A stretch of DNA of 64,000 nt from Candidatus Entotheonellaceae bacterium (GCA_965238075.1 OZ250173.1:2944001-3008000); one strand, 5' to 3'; positions 18,630 to 29,567 are shown, counted from the first letter of the stretch. The notes: generated by a model not told the origin, from the sequence alone. Numbers and translations are program-made.

Positions 18630-20444
18630 ATGTTCACCCTGCACGCCATCGACTGGCTGATCATCGGCCTGTACGTCGTGCTGGCCCTGGGCGTCGGGGT
18701 GGCGTTCAAGAGCCGTGCCGGTCGCAACCGCACCAGCTACTTCCTGGCCGGACGCGGCCTACCGTGGTGGTGGGTCGGCGCTTCCATGGCTGCCACCACC
18801 TTCGCGGCGGATACCCCTCTGGCGGTTACCGGCATCATTGCGGCCAAAGGGTTGTCGGGCAACTGGCTGTGGATTCCGGTCATCGGCGTGCATGCCGGCG
18901 TCTTCGTCGTCTTTGCCGCCAACTGGAGTCGCAGCGGGGTGATAACGGACGCCGAACTGATTCGGGTGCGCTATTCCGGCCGCACGGCGTACATACTGCG
19001 CTGGTGCCGGACCGGACTGCAATTGCTGCAAAACTGCGTCGTGCTGGGCTGGGTGCTGCGCGCCATGGTGAAAGTGGCGTCGCCGTTCTTCCAGTGGCAC
19101 GAATGGCTCCCCGGCTTCATGGCGGGCATCGAGGTCGTATGGCCTGCCGGCACCGCACTGGGCACTGCCTCGGAAGGGCTGACCATCATCGCATTGTTGC
19201 TGGTGGTCGGTTGCTATTCCAGCCTCGGCGGCCTGCGCGGCGTGGTGCTCACCGATCTGGTGCAACTGGTCCTGGCCCTGCTCGGCAGCACGTGGCTGGC
19301 CGTGTGCGCCTGGCGAGCGGTCGGTGGACGAGAGGGCTTGCTAGACGGGCTGGCAGCGCAGTACGGCCCCGGGCATGCGTATCTGGACTGGTTCCCAACC
19401 CCCGGCAGCGGTTGGCTGGATGCCGTGGGCGTCGGCGCCGGGGTTTTCGGTCTCTACCTGGTGGTGCAGTCGTTCTCGAACATGTCGGCGGACGGCGGCG
19501 GTTATTTCATGCAGCGCCTGAACGCGGCCCGCAGCCCCGAGGCGGCCAGACGGGCGACGCTGCTGTTCCTCACGATTCATTACATGGTGCGCGTGTGGCC
19601 GTGGTTCATCGTCGGCCTGGCGGCGCTGGTGCTGATTCCGCTGGGGCAGGAGACTACCAGCCTGAACGGCTCGGCTGCCCTTGCCGCGTCGGACCGGGAA
19701 ATGGCCTGGCCCATTCTCATGGCCCACCTGCTCAGCCCCGGCTGGCTGGGCATCGTACTGGCGAGCCTGCTCGCCGCCTTCATGAGCACCGTGGATACCC
19801 ACATCAACTGGGGCGCCTCGTATCTGGTCAACGACGTCTGGCTGGTGCTGCGCCCCGCGGCTTCGGACCGCGAACAGATGCGTGTGGCCAGAAGCGCGGT
19901 GTTCCTGTTCGTGCTGCTGGCGATTCTGGTGAGCGCCAAGATCGATACGATTGCCCAAGCCTGGAAGTGGATGGCCATGCTGGGCGCGGCACTGGGCCTG
20001 CCGACGCTCTTGCGCTGGCTGTGGTGGCGGGTGAACGCGGCCGGCGAAATTGGCGCCATGCTGGCGGGGTTGTCGGTCGGCACCTCGTTGGCACTGTTGA
20101 CGGACATGCCGTACGAGGTACGCCTGATCTGGGTTACGGCTGCCAGCCTGACCGGCCTGGTGGCCGGCATGCTGCTTGGACCGCCAACCGAGGCCAGGCA
20201 CCTGAAACGGTTCGTGGATACCGTGCAGCCGTTCGGCGTGTGGCCCAACGCACGGCCGGCCGGAAATCGGGCGGCATTTGGTCTTGCCGGCTGTTGGGCG
20301 GCGGTGGTGAGCGGCACCATGCTGTTGCTGTTCGTCGGTCATCAGGGACTGTTCAGCGGCTGGCGGCCGAGTGTGCTCATCGCAGGCGCCGCGGCGTTGG
20401 GACTGTTGTACGTTGGCACGACGTCGCGGCCGAGTCGTTGGTAA
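18630..20444 (+). CDS. Sodium:solute symporter family protein
   Basis: YFLAGRGLPWW, SMAATTFAADTPL, GGLRGVVLTD, AAFMST; many TM helices. Confidence 0.9.
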   Translation: MFTLHAIDWLIIGLYVVLALGVGVAFKSRAGRNRTSYFLAGRGLPWWWVGASMAATTFAADTPLAVTGIIAAKGLSGNWLWIPVIGVHAGVFVVFAANWSRSGVITDAELIRVRYSGRTAYILRWCRTGLQLLQNCVVLGWVLRAMVKVASPFFQWHEWLPGFMAGIEVVWPAGTALGTASEGLTIIALLLVVGCYSSLGGLRGVVLTDLVQLVLALLGSTWLAVCAWRAVGGREGLLDGLAAQYGPGHAYLDWFPTPGSGWLDAVGVGAGVFGLYLVVQSFSNMSADGGGYFMQRLNAARSPEAARRATLLFLTIHYMVRVWPWFIVGLAALVLIPLGQETTSLNGSAALAASDREMAWPILMAHLLSPGWLGIVLASLLAAFMSTVDTHINWGASYLVNDVWLVLRPAASDREQMRVARSAVFLFVLLAILVSAKIDTIAQAWKWMAMLGAALGLPTLLRWLWWRVNAAGEIGAMLAGLSVGTSLALLTDMPYEVRLIWVTAASLTGLVAGMLLGPPTEARHLKRFVDTVQPFGVWPNARPAGNRAAFGLAGCWAAVVSGTMLLLFVGHQGLFSGWRPSVLIAGAAALGLLYVGTTSRPSRW

Positions 20445-20495
20445 CAGAGCAAGGGGTTTTGAAACCCGACTCCTGGCTGCAGAGAGCCTGAGACG

Positions 20496-20879
20496 ATGAT
20501 GCAAGCCTCAACGTACGTTTGGATTGGAATCGGCGGCTTTGTCGGGGCAGTGGTGCGTTACGGGATCAATACCTGGCTCACAACTCGTTGGGGAGCGGCG
20601 TTCCCGTATGGTACGCTTTTCGTGAACGTCAGCGGCAGCTTTGTGTTGTGTCTGATTATCGCCATGCTGAGCAGAGGCTTCGACATGGCGCCCGCTCTGC
20701 GCCTGGCCCTGACGGTCGGCTTCCTGGGTTCCTACACAACGTTTTCGACGTTCAGCGCCGATGCTCTTCTGTTACTGGAAAACGGCCACACGCTGCGCGG
20801 GCTGAGCTACGTCGTCGGCAGCGTCGTGGGCGGTGGGCTGATGGGCGCTGCGGGCCTGCTGTTGGGGCGATCGCTATAG
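20496..20879 (+). CDS. crcB: Fluoride efflux channel FluC/CrcB
   Basis: GGFVGAVVRY, FPYGTLFVN, GFLGSYTTFSTF. Confidence 0.95.
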   Translation: MMQASTYVWIGIGGFVGAVVRYGINTWLTTRWGAAFPYGTLFVNVSGSFVLCLIIAMLSRGFDMAPALRLALTVGFLGSYTTFSTFSADALLLLENGHTLRGLSYVVGSVVGGGLMGAAGLLLGRSL

Positions 20880-20895
20880 GTGCGGAAGGAGTTGC

Positions 20896-21582
20896 ATGGC
20901 ACGTGTACGGATTCTCGTGGTGGACGATGAACCGGATATTCTCGAACTCATCCGCTACAACCTGACCCGGAACAACTATGACATGACCGGCGTGGCCTCC
21001 GGTGAAGAAGCGTTTGCCTCGGTACGCATGTCGCCACCCGATCTCGTCGTGCTGGACCTGATGCTGCCGGGCGTCGACGGCCTGGAGGTTTGCCGGCGGC
21101 TCAAGAACGACGCCCGCACGGCCGGCATTCCGGTAATCATCCTCTCTGCCAAAGGCGAAGAGGCCGACGTGGTCACTGGCCTCGAACTGGGCGCCGACGA
21201 CTACCTCACCAAACCATTCAGCCCGCGCGTGCTCCTGTCCCGTATCAAGGCGGTATTGCGCCGTCAGCAAAGCGAGCCGGACGCGGGCGACGCCGTCATT
21301 ACGCATCACGACCTGCAGATTCATCCGGGTCGCCACGAGGTGCAGGTGGCCGGCGCTCTCGTGCAACTCACGCTGACGGAGTTCCGTATTTTGCATCTGC
21401 TGGCACGGCGTCCGGGCTGGGTGTTCACCCGCAACCAGATCCTCGAAGCCGCGCAGGGCGACGACTCCAGTGTCACCACGCGGGCCGTCGACGTACACAT
21501 CGTGGCTCTGCGCCGCAAGCTCGGCCCCAGCGGCGACCTTATCGAAACGATTCGCGGTGTCGGTTATCGCTTGCAGGAGTGA
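20896..21582 (+). CDS. OmpR/PhoB-family response regulator
   Basis: ILVVDDE, LDLMLPG, GADDYLTKPF, winged-helix ETIRGVGY. Confidence 0.93.
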   Translation: MARVRILVVDDEPDILELIRYNLTRNNYDMTGVASGEEAFASVRMSPPDLVVLDLMLPGVDGLEVCRRLKNDARTAGIPVIILSAKGEEADVVTGLELGADDYLTKPFSPRVLLSRIKAVLRRQQSEPDAGDAVITHHDLQIHPGRHEVQVAGALVQLTLTEFRILHLLARRPGWVFTRNQILEAAQGDDSSVTTRAVDVHIVALRRKLGPSGDLIETIRGVGYRLQE

Positions 21583-21586
21583 CACG

Positions 21587-23011
21587 ATGCGCCGCCTGCC
21601 CATCTTCTGGCGATTGTTTCTCAGCTACCTGCCGGCGGTGGCGCTGGCCTTATTGGTATTCTTTACTGGGGATTACCCTCGACAGGACGGCGCGAATACC
21701 GCCCTCTGGCCCGCTCAGCCCCTGGCTGTCGGTGCCGTTGTACTTACCGTAATAGCCGCCGGCATAGGGCTGGTCTCTTCAGAACGTATCAGCCGCTCCG
21801 TCCAGGTTATGCGCGCGAGCGCCGAACACTTTGCGGTTGGCGATTTCTCCCATCGGCTCCGTATCCCCAACACCCCCGAAATGGGCAACCTCGCCGCCAC
21901 ACTCAACAACATGGCGGCGCAACTCGAAGACCAGATCAGCGTCGTGACGCAGCACCGCAACGAGCAAGAGGCCATTCTTGTCAGTATGCAGGAAGGCGTG
22001 CTGGCGTTGGACCCGCAGGCACACGTCATCGCCATGAACCCCGCCGCGGAGGCGCTTCTGGCGGTGCCGGCGACGCAGGCCCGCGGCCGGACGGTTCAGG
22101 AAGTCATCCGCAACGTTGGGCTGCAACGGCTGCTCACGGACGCCATGTCAAAGGCCGAGCCGACCATGGGAGAGATCGTGCTGCGCGGCGATGAGGAGCG
22201 CTTCCTGCAAGCGACCGCAACCGCCCTGCGCGATGCCACTGGCCGCGACTTCGGCATGTTGGTGGTGTTGAACGACATTACCCAGCTGCGCCGGCTGGAA
22301 AACATTCGCCGCGACTTCGTGGCCAACGTCTCGCACGAGCTCAAGACCCCGATTACCAGCATCAAGGGCTTCGTGGAAACCCTCCGAGAAGGCGCTTTGG
22401 ACGACCGCCCACAGGCGGAACGGTTCCTGGAGATCGTCGCCCGCCACGCGGACCGCCTGCACGCCATCATCGAGGATCTGCTCAGCCTGTCACGGATGGA
22501 GCAAAGTAATCAGATTGCCGACATTCCCCGTCCCGAGGTGCAGCTGGGACCCATCGTCGAGGCCGCCGTGCTCGATTGCTCCGCCAAGGCCGCGGCACGG
22601 CAGGTCGCGGTCGTGCCGTCCTGCGTTCCCGGCCTGCGCGTCAAGGCCAACGCCCCCTTGTTGGAGCAGGCTATCGTCAATCTTCTGGACAACGCCATTA
22701 GCTACAGCAACGCCCACGGCACGGTGTGGCTGACGGCGCGGCAGGAGAACGGCGAGGTGCGCATCGACGTGCGCGACGAGGGCATCGGCATCGCGCCGGA
22801 ACACGTGTCGCGCATCTTCGAGCGCTTCTACCGCACCGACAAGGCGCGCGACCGCGCCAGTGGCGGTACCGGCCTCGGGCTGGCCATCGTGAAACACATC
22901 GCCCAAATCCACGACGGGCAGGTCAGCGTGGCCAGTGAAGTGGGGCAGGGGAGCACCTTTTCGCTGCATCTCTCGCAGCCCAAAACCGCCGTCGAATCGG
23001 CGCAAGATTGA
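21587..23011 (+). CDS. PhoR-like sensor histidine kinase (HAMP-PAS-HisKA-HATPase)
   Basis: FVANVSHELKTPITSI, NLLDNA, DEGIGI, FERFYR, GGTGLGLAIVKH. Confidence 0.93.
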   Translation: MRRLPIFWRLFLSYLPAVALALLVFFTGDYPRQDGANTALWPAQPLAVGAVVLTVIAAGIGLVSSERISRSVQVMRASAEHFAVGDFSHRLRIPNTPEMGNLAATLNNMAAQLEDQISVVTQHRNEQEAILVSMQEGVLALDPQAHVIAMNPAAEALLAVPATQARGRTVQEVIRNVGLQRLLTDAMSKAEPTMGEIVLRGDEERFLQATATALRDATGRDFGMLVVLNDITQLRRLENIRRDFVANVSHELKTPITSIKGFVETLREGALDDRPQAERFLEIVARHADRLHAIIEDLLSLSRMEQSNQIADIPRPEVQLGPIVEAAVLDCSAKAAARQVAVVPSCVPGLRVKANAPLLEQAIVNLLDNAISYSNAHGTVWLTARQENGEVRIDVRDEGIGIAPEHVSRIFERFYRTDKARDRASGGTGLGLAIVKHIAQIHDGQVSVASEVGQGSTFSLHLSQPKTAVESAQD

Positions 23012-23031
23012 CACCCGACAAGGAGAACACC

Positions 23032-24774
23032 ATGGCAAGCGCTCCCGGCAGCCTTTCTCAACCCGTGCACGAGGTAAGCATGCGCTTCGACGTCAAGGTG
23101 CCGATGCGCGACGGGGTGGCGTTATCCACTGACATTTATCTGCCGGCAATGGACCCGCCGGTGCCGATGGTGCTTATCCGCACGCCATACAACAATAACA
23201 ACGAGGCCATCGTGCAGGACTGCATGTACTTCGCCACGCGCGGCTACGGCGTGGCGACGCAGGACGTGCGCGGGCGGTGGGATTCGGACGGCGATTGGTA
23301 CCCGTTTGTGCACGAGGCCGCGGACGGCTTCGACACCATGGAATGGATCGGACAGCAGCCGTGGTGCAACGGCAATATCGGCACCGCTGGCGGGTCGTAC
23401 GTGGCCATGGTGCAGTGGCAGGCCGCACCGCTGCGCAGCCGCTTTCTGAAGGCCATGGTGCCGCGCGTCGGGTACTCGAACTTCTACCATAACTGGGTGT
23501 ACACCGGCGGCGCCTTCCAACTCGCCTTCAATCTGCGCTGGGCCGCCGTTCAGATGTCCACCCGCACGAACCAGGTGCAGTACCTGTGGCTGCCCGCGGC
23601 GAACCACCTGAACACACTGCACTGGCACCTGCCGCTGAGCACCATGGATGCCAAGGCGGGCCGCGCCTCGCAGGTGTGGCAGGACTGGATCGCGCACCCG
23701 GATTACGACGATTACTGGCGCCGTATGCGGCCCGTGGAGGATCACTATGCGGAGGTCGCCGTGCCGGCTTACGGCATCGGCGGCTGGTACGACGTATTCC
23801 TGCAATCGACGCTCAATAATTTCATGGGGGTCCGGGCGCATGGGTGCCCGCCGGGCAAGAAGCATCAGAAGATCATCATCGGCCCGTGGATTCACGACTG
23901 CGGCCACATGGGCCTGGACACCCATACGGGTGACGTGGATTTTGGGAACGCGGCGCGGGTCGACCTGATGGCGGAGCACGTGCGCTGGTTTGACTACTGG
24001 CTGAAGGGTACGGACACGGGCATCGCCGAAGAGCCGCCGGTGAACGTCTTTGTCATGGGGGCCAACCGTTGGCGGCAAGCCGAGGACTGGCCGATTCCGG
24101 GCACGACGTACGTGCCGTACTACCTGCACAGCCAGGGCGGCGCGAATTCGCTGTTCGGCGACGGCGTTCTGGACACCAAGCCGGCGGCGGCGGAACCCCC
24201 CGACCGCTATACCTACGACCCCGAACAACCCGTGCCGACGGTTGGCGGCAGCACCTGCTGCTCCGAGGACGTGACGCCGGTATCCATGGGGCCGCGCGAT
24301 CAGCAGCCCGTCGAGTGGCGGCCGGACGTGCTGGTGTACACCTCGGCGCCGCTCGCGGATGACCTCGAGGTCACCGGCCCTGTCAGTATGACCCTGTACG
24401 CCGCCTCCGACGCGCCGGATACGGACTTCACCGCCAAGCTCGTCGACGTGTATCCCGACGGCGCCGCCATCAACGTCGCCCAGGGCATCATCCGGGCGCG
24501 CTACCGCGACTCGTGGGAAACGCCGTCGCCGTTGGAACCGGGGCGTGTGTATGAATACCGCATCGATCTGTGGTCCACCAGCAACTGCTTCCGGCAGGGG
24601 CACCGCATCCGCGTTGAAGTCGCCAGCAGCAACTTCCCGCAATTTGACCGCAATCCCAACACCGGCAACCCCTTCGGCCAAGACGCCGTGCTCCGCAAAG
24701 CGCGCCAAACCGTGCACCACGACGCCGGGCACCCGTCCCATATCGTGCTGCCGGTCGTGCCGTCAGGCGGGTAA
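23032..24774 (+). CDS. CocE/NonD family hydrolase
   Basis: VPMRDGV, LIRTPY, QDVRGR, GGSY nucleophile, IGPW, SSNFPQFDRN. Confidence 0.92.
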   Translation: MASAPGSLSQPVHEVSMRFDVKVPMRDGVALSTDIYLPAMDPPVPMVLIRTPYNNNNEAIVQDCMYFATRGYGVATQDVRGRWDSDGDWYPFVHEAADGFDTMEWIGQQPWCNGNIGTAGGSYVAMVQWQAAPLRSRFLKAMVPRVGYSNFYHNWVYTGGAFQLAFNLRWAAVQMSTRTNQVQYLWLPAANHLNTLHWHLPLSTMDAKAGRASQVWQDWIAHPDYDDYWRRMRPVEDHYAEVAVPAYGIGGWYDVFLQSTLNNFMGVRAHGCPPGKKHQKIIIGPWIHDCGHMGLDTHTGDVDFGNAARVDLMAEHVRWFDYWLKGTDTGIAEEPPVNVFVMGANRWRQAEDWPIPGTTYVPYYLHSQGGANSLFGDGVLDTKPAAAEPPDRYTYDPEQPVPTVGGSTCCSEDVTPVSMGPRDQQPVEWRPDVLVYTSAPLADDLEVTGPVSMTLYAASDAPDTDFTAKLVDVYPDGAAINVAQGIIRARYRDSWETPSPLEPGRVYEYRIDLWSTSNCFRQGHRIRVEVASSNFPQFDRNPNTGNPFGQDAVLRKARQTVHHDAGHPSHIVLPVVPSGG

Positions 24775-24888
24775 GGCCGCCACTTTCGGCTTCCCGAATT
24801 ATCTGGCGCATTGCGGCGTTATGTCTTGGGCTGTAGCATGAGCGAGCGTGTTCCAGTCAACCCCACATTAACGTTTGGAGAGAAGCGA

Positions 24889-27759
24889 ATGAGAGTTGTC
24901 TGTCCTTGGTTGCGAATCCTGTTGGGTGGTGTGGTGTTGTTCGGTTTGCACCTGTCTATCGGGACAGCGGCAGAGTTGGACCTGAATGCTCCTTTGCCGG
25001 TGGATGCTGCGGTGCAGCGGGGAACCCTGGACAACGGAATGTCGTACTGGGTGCGGTCGCATGCGACGCCGCCAGGGAAGATATCGTTCTGGTTGCACGT
25101 ATCGACGGGATCGCTGAACGAGAAGGACGGGCAGGAAGGGATGGCACACTTCCTGGAGCACATGGCGTTCAACGGCTCGGAAAATTTCCCGCCCGGCGAG
25201 TTATTGCCCTACTTCGAATCTATCGGGCTGCGATTTGGCCAGCACCAAAATGCCTTCACGAGCCTCGACCAGACGACCTACATCCTGACCCTGCCGGACA
25301 CAAAGCCTGAAACCATCGACAAAGGACTCATTTATCTCTCCGACGTGGCCTTCCGCATGCTTCTGACGTCTGAGGAGATCGACAAGGAAAGAGGCGTCAT
25401 TCTGGAGGAAAAACGGGCGAGGAAGGGAACACGCCAACGGCTTATGGAACAATTCCTGCCGGCTGTCCTGCCGGGTTCGCGCGTGGCGCGGCGTCTGCCG
25501 ATTGGTCTGGACGAAACGCTCAACGCCATCCAGCGCGAGGACATGCTGGACTACTACTCGACCTGGTACCATCCCGGCAAGGCAACCTTGCTGGCAGTCG
25601 GGGACGCTCCGGTCGACACCATGGTGGCCGCCATCAAACGCCATTTCGACGGCTGGCAACGTGAGGACCCGGCACCGGCGGACATGGAAGCGGGCCTCCA
25701 GCCTTATGAGGAACCACGCGCCGTGGTCCTGACCGATCCCGAGCTGACGATCGCCCGGCTGGAAGCGCTGGCTGTTATGCCCTACGCGCCGCGCAAGACG
25801 GTCGGCGATTATCGGCGACACCTGATTGAGCAGGTGGGCACCTGGATCGTCAACCGGCGCATGGAGCAGCGCGTACAGGAAGGCGACGTGCCGTATCAGG
25901 ATGCGGGCACGTACATCTCCCGGTTCTTCGGTGTCGCCCGGCAGGCGGTTGCGGGGGCCGAAGCGGCACCCGAAAACTGGAGCGCCGCCTTTCAGGCCCT
26001 GATTCAGGACGTGCAGACGGCGCGCCACCACGGCTTCTCGCCCGACGAGTTGGATGCCGCGATGCGCGCTTTGCAGGCCGAGGCGGAGCACGCCGCCCAA
26101 ACCGAAGCGACGCGCGACGCGCACGCCTTCCTGGGTAGCATGAACCGCGCCTTGGCGCGCGGCGAACTGCCAAGGTCGGCCTCGCAAACCGCGGCCCTGG
26201 TGAAGGACGTTCTACCCATCATTACCGCTGAAGAAGTCGCGGCGATGTTTGCGGCGCGCTTCCAGCCGGGCCAGGGGGTGCACATTCTAATCCTGCCCGA
26301 GCAGTCGGACGTGCCCGTGCCCAGCAGTGAAGAGGTGCTACAAGTCGTCCAGGATGCGTTGGCGCAGCCGGTGGCCGCCTGGCAGAGTAAAGAACGCCCC
26401 ACGTCGCTATTGGCGCAAGTCCCCCAGCCGGGCGACATCATTGAACGCACGCGTTTCGAGCCGTTGGCCGTAACACATATAACGTTCGCCAACCAAACTC
26501 GGCTGCACTACCGATTCATGGATTTCAAGAAGAATCACGTTTCGGTGACGGTGACGCTTGCAGGCGGACGCATCCGCGAAACCGCTGCGCAGCGCGGCAT
26601 CACCGCCGTGGCCACGCAGCCGCTGACGAAACCCGCCACCTCGCAGTTCTCGTCCACCGACATCCGTGACCTGATGACCGGCAAGCAGGTGCAGGTGCAG
26701 GGCCAAGCCGACGCCGACTCGGTCACCCTTACCGTGTCGGGCACGCCGGAGGCTCTCGAAGACGGGCTGCAACTGGTTCACCTTCTTATCCGCGACGCCA
26801 AGATCGAGCCGACGCTGGTAGAGCTATGGAAAAATCAGGAATTACAAACCCTGGCCTCTGAACGCACGGACATCGGCACCCGCAGCTACGAGGCGGCCCG
26901 ACTGGTTTTGAGCGGCAACGATCCGCGGCAGATCAGGCTAACGTCGGAGCAAATCGCCGCACGCGCGGCGACCATTCCGGAGGCGCAAGCTTGGCTTGAC
27001 ACCATCCTACGTTCGGCGCCGATGGAAATCGCCATCGTCGGCGACATCCCCGAGGAGCGGGCGATACAACTGGCCGCCACCTATCTGGGCTCGCTGCCGC
27101 CGCGTCAGCGTCGCGACCCCGGCCTGGACCCGATGCGAGAGGTGGCCGGTTTCACGGGGCCCGTCACGCAGACGATCGAGGTCGAAACCATCACCCCACG
27201 CGCCCACCCCATCCTGATGTGGCGCTCCGCCCCCTGGCGCGACGTGCGCGGCCGGCGTCTCATGTTCATGGCCGCCCGCATTCTGGAACGCCGCATCCGG
27301 AAGGAAATTCGCGAGGACCGCGGCCTGACGTACTCTGCCGAGACGTACGTGCATCCCAGCCGGGTCTATCCGGACATGAGTGCGCTGTACGTGAATTTCA
27401 CCGCCGATCCAGACAAGGCGACCGAGGCCGTGGCGGTGGCGAAGAAGACGGTTGAGGAATTCGCTGCCGAGGGCCCGACCGATGAGGAAGTTGAAACGGT
27501 TCGCACCCAGTTACGAAACAGCCTGGAAACGATGCTGAAGGAGCCCCGGTTCTGGGTGTATATCCTGGCCGACATGGAATACCACGGCACAAGCTTGGAG
27601 AATGTCGTTGGCCTGGTCGACAAGCTGATGGCGTATTCAAAAGCCGACATCGCCGCGCAGGTCAAGAAGGTTGTGGTGCCGGAACGGTTCGCGCTGGTGA
27701 TCGCCACACCCAAGGCTTCTGAGGAAGACGACCGCGAGGCGCAGCGCGACCTTCGTTGA
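24889..27759 (+). CDS. M16 family zinc metallopeptidase (PqqL-like), signal peptide
   Basis: HFLEH inverzincin motif, NAFTS, ERGVILEE, IREDRGLTY. Confidence 0.92.
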   Translation: MRVVCPWLRILLGGVVLFGLHLSIGTAAELDLNAPLPVDAAVQRGTLDNGMSYWVRSHATPPGKISFWLHVSTGSLNEKDGQEGMAHFLEHMAFNGSENFPPGELLPYFESIGLRFGQHQNAFTSLDQTTYILTLPDTKPETIDKGLIYLSDVAFRMLLTSEEIDKERGVILEEKRARKGTRQRLMEQFLPAVLPGSRVARRLPIGLDETLNAIQREDMLDYYSTWYHPGKATLLAVGDAPVDTMVAAIKRHFDGWQREDPAPADMEAGLQPYEEPRAVVLTDPELTIARLEALAVMPYAPRKTVGDYRRHLIEQVGTWIVNRRMEQRVQEGDVPYQDAGTYISRFFGVARQAVAGAEAAPENWSAAFQALIQDVQTARHHGFSPDELDAAMRALQAEAEHAAQTEATRDAHAFLGSMNRALARGELPRSASQTAALVKDVLPIITAEEVAAMFAARFQPGQGVHILILPEQSDVPVPSSEEVLQVVQDALAQPVAAWQSKERPTSLLAQVPQPGDIIERTRFEPLAVTHITFANQTRLHYRFMDFKKNHVSVTVTLAGGRIRETAAQRGITAVATQPLTKPATSQFSSTDIRDLMTGKQVQVQGQADADSVTLTVSGTPEALEDGLQLVHLLIRDAKIEPTLVELWKNQELQTLASERTDIGTRSYEAARLVLSGNDPRQIRLTSEQIAARAATIPEAQAWLDTILRSAPMEIAIVGDIPEERAIQLAATYLGSLPPRQRRDPGLDPMREVAGFTGPVTQTIEVETITPRAHPILMWRSAPWRDVRGRRLMFMAARILERRIRKEIREDRGLTYSAETYVHPSRVYPDMSALYVNFTADPDKATEAVAVAKKTVEEFAAEGPTDEEVETVRTQLRNSLETMLKEPRFWVYILADMEYHGTSLENVVGLVDKLMAYSKADIAAQVKKVVVPERFALVIATPKASEEDDREAQRDLR

Positions 27760-27842
27760 CGCTCAGGGTGTGAAACCGCAGTGCCGGCCGGCGTCCCTAA
27801 TCCGAAGGCTCTAACAATGGTTGCGCGTAATCATGTTGACCT

Positions 27843-27990
27843 TTGGCTTACACCGCGCGTACCGCTTGCCTGACGGCTCTCGTCATCGCCCTGGTCAAGG
27901 TCGAAACCGTTAATCTGGCCCAACTGGCCGCGGCCTTTCCTGGTCCTGCCGAGATCGACTCGCACTATCGACGCCTGCAACGCTTTTTCA
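27843..27990 (+). mobile_element. IS4-family transposase N-terminal remnant
   Basis: ALVKVETVNLAQLAAAF...SHYRRLQRFF then truncation. Confidence 0.7.
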
Positions 27991-28310
27991 AATCATGCGC
28001 ATCAAAGACCCGCCAAAAGCCTGTTTCGCCATGGATTTGACGCCACTCGCCAATCTTCGACAATGCAGGTGCCCGAATCGCTCACTTGCGACGAGAGGCA
28101 ATGAGGTGGATTCCCCGGAACTGATCAACGGTAGACAACACACCTCGCCGTCCAAGCGGATCATTGCCGAATTTCCCGAATACGAGGGATTGAAACCGAC
28201 GCGGGTCCACAGGTAGCCGAGCGGTTCGGCCTGAGGGCCATCCGATCCAGATGTCCCCATTTTGCAGCGTGGGTTCATCGACTTGAGCATCTTCTGGAGG
28301 AATTCAGGCG

Positions 28311-29567
28311 TTGAGTCCGTCCACGAACCCCACCCGCCCAGGCATCCGCCTGGGCATCGACCGTCTCGCTGACGACTCCGGCCTGCGCGCGCCGCTGCAT
28401 GGGCGGCGCGCGGCGTTGCTGGGGCATCCCGCCTCCGTGACCGCAGACCTGCAACACAGCCTGGACGTGCTGGCCGCTATGCCGGAGGTGCGCCTGACGT
28501 GTGCCTTCGGGCCGCAGCATGGCATGCGAGGCGATAAGCAGGACAACATGGTGGAATCCGACGATTACCGGGACCCGGTGCACGGGGTGCCGGTACACAG
28601 CCTGTACGGTGAGGTGCGGCGCGCGACGACGGACATACTGGACGGGTTCGACGTGCTGCTGGTGGACCTGCAGGACGTCGGCTGCCGCATCTACACGTTC
28701 ATTACCACGCTGCTCTACATGCTGGAGGACTGCGCGGCGCACGGCAAGGCCGTCTGGGTGCTGGACCGGCCAAACCCGGCGGGACGCGCCGTAGAGGGAT
28801 TGCGGCTGGAGCCCGGCTGGGAGAGCTTTGTCGGCTCGGCGCCGCTGCCGATGCGCCATGGGCTGACCATCGGGGAACTCGCCCGCTGGTTCGTGCGGCA
28901 CTTCGGGCTGGACGTGGAACTACGTGTGATTGAGATGACCGGTTATGACCCATATCAAGCCCCGGGTTACGGCTGGCCGGTGGGGGAGTTGTCGTGGGTC
29001 AACCCCAGTCCCAATGCGGCGGGGTTGTCGATGGCACGGGCGTACAGCGGCACGGTGCTGATCGAGGGGACCACGTTGTCGGAGGGGCGGGGGACGACGC
29101 ACCCGCTGGAGGTCGTGGGGGCGCCGGACCTGGATGCACGGGCACTGCTGGACGTGATGCGGCGTCTACGCCCCGAGTGGCTGGCGGGGTGCCGGTTGCG
29201 GCCGTGTTACTTCGAGCCGACGTTTCACAAACACGCCGGGCAGTGCTGCGCCGGGCTGCAAATCCACGTCGATCATGGGGCGTACCGGCCGGAGGTGTTC
29301 AGCCCATACCGACTTGTGGCGCTGCTGTTGAAAGCGGTGCGGGTGTTGGCGCCGGATTATCCGTTGTGGTGGGATTTTGCTTACGAGTACGAGACCGAGC
29401 GGCTGGCGTTTGACGTGATCAACGGCGGGCCGCGGCTGCGGGCGTGGGTGGATGACGAACAGGCGGGGTGCGATGAACTGGAGGAAATGCTGGGCCGTGA
29501 AGAACGCGCATGGCACGAAGAAAGACGGGCGTTTGTGATGTATTCAGGCGGCGAGGGTGAAGGATAG
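28311..29567 (+). CDS. DUF1343 / NamZ-like exo-beta-N-acetylmuramidase
   Basis: FGPQHG, VHSLYG, DLQDVGCRIYTF, LDRPNP, RHGLTIGELA, WVNPSPN, SEGRGTT. Confidence 0.9.
   Translation: MSPSTNPTRPGIRLGIDRLADDSGLRAPLHGRRAALLGHPASVTADLQHSLDVLAAMPEVRLTCAFGPQHGMRGDKQDNMVESDDYRDPVHGVPVHSLYGEVRRATTDILDGFDVLLVDLQDVGCRIYTFITTLLYMLEDCAAHGKAVWVLDRPNPAGRAVEGLRLEPGWESFVGSAPLPMRHGLTIGELARWFVRHFGLDVELRVIEMTGYDPYQAPGYGWPVGELSWVNPSPNAAGLSMARAYSGTVLIEGTTLSEGRGTTHPLEVVGAPDLDARALLDVMRRLRPEWLAGCRLRPCYFEPTFHKHAGQCCAGLQIHVDHGAYRPEVFSPYRLVALLLKAVRVLAPDYPLWWDFAYEYETERLAFDVINGGPRLRAWVDDEQAGCDELEEMLGREERAWHEERRAFVMYSGGEGEG

Noticed and set aside
20445-20495. Fluoride riboswitch before crcB
   Set aside because: The 51-nt gap lacks the conserved GATGG..CTGATG signature
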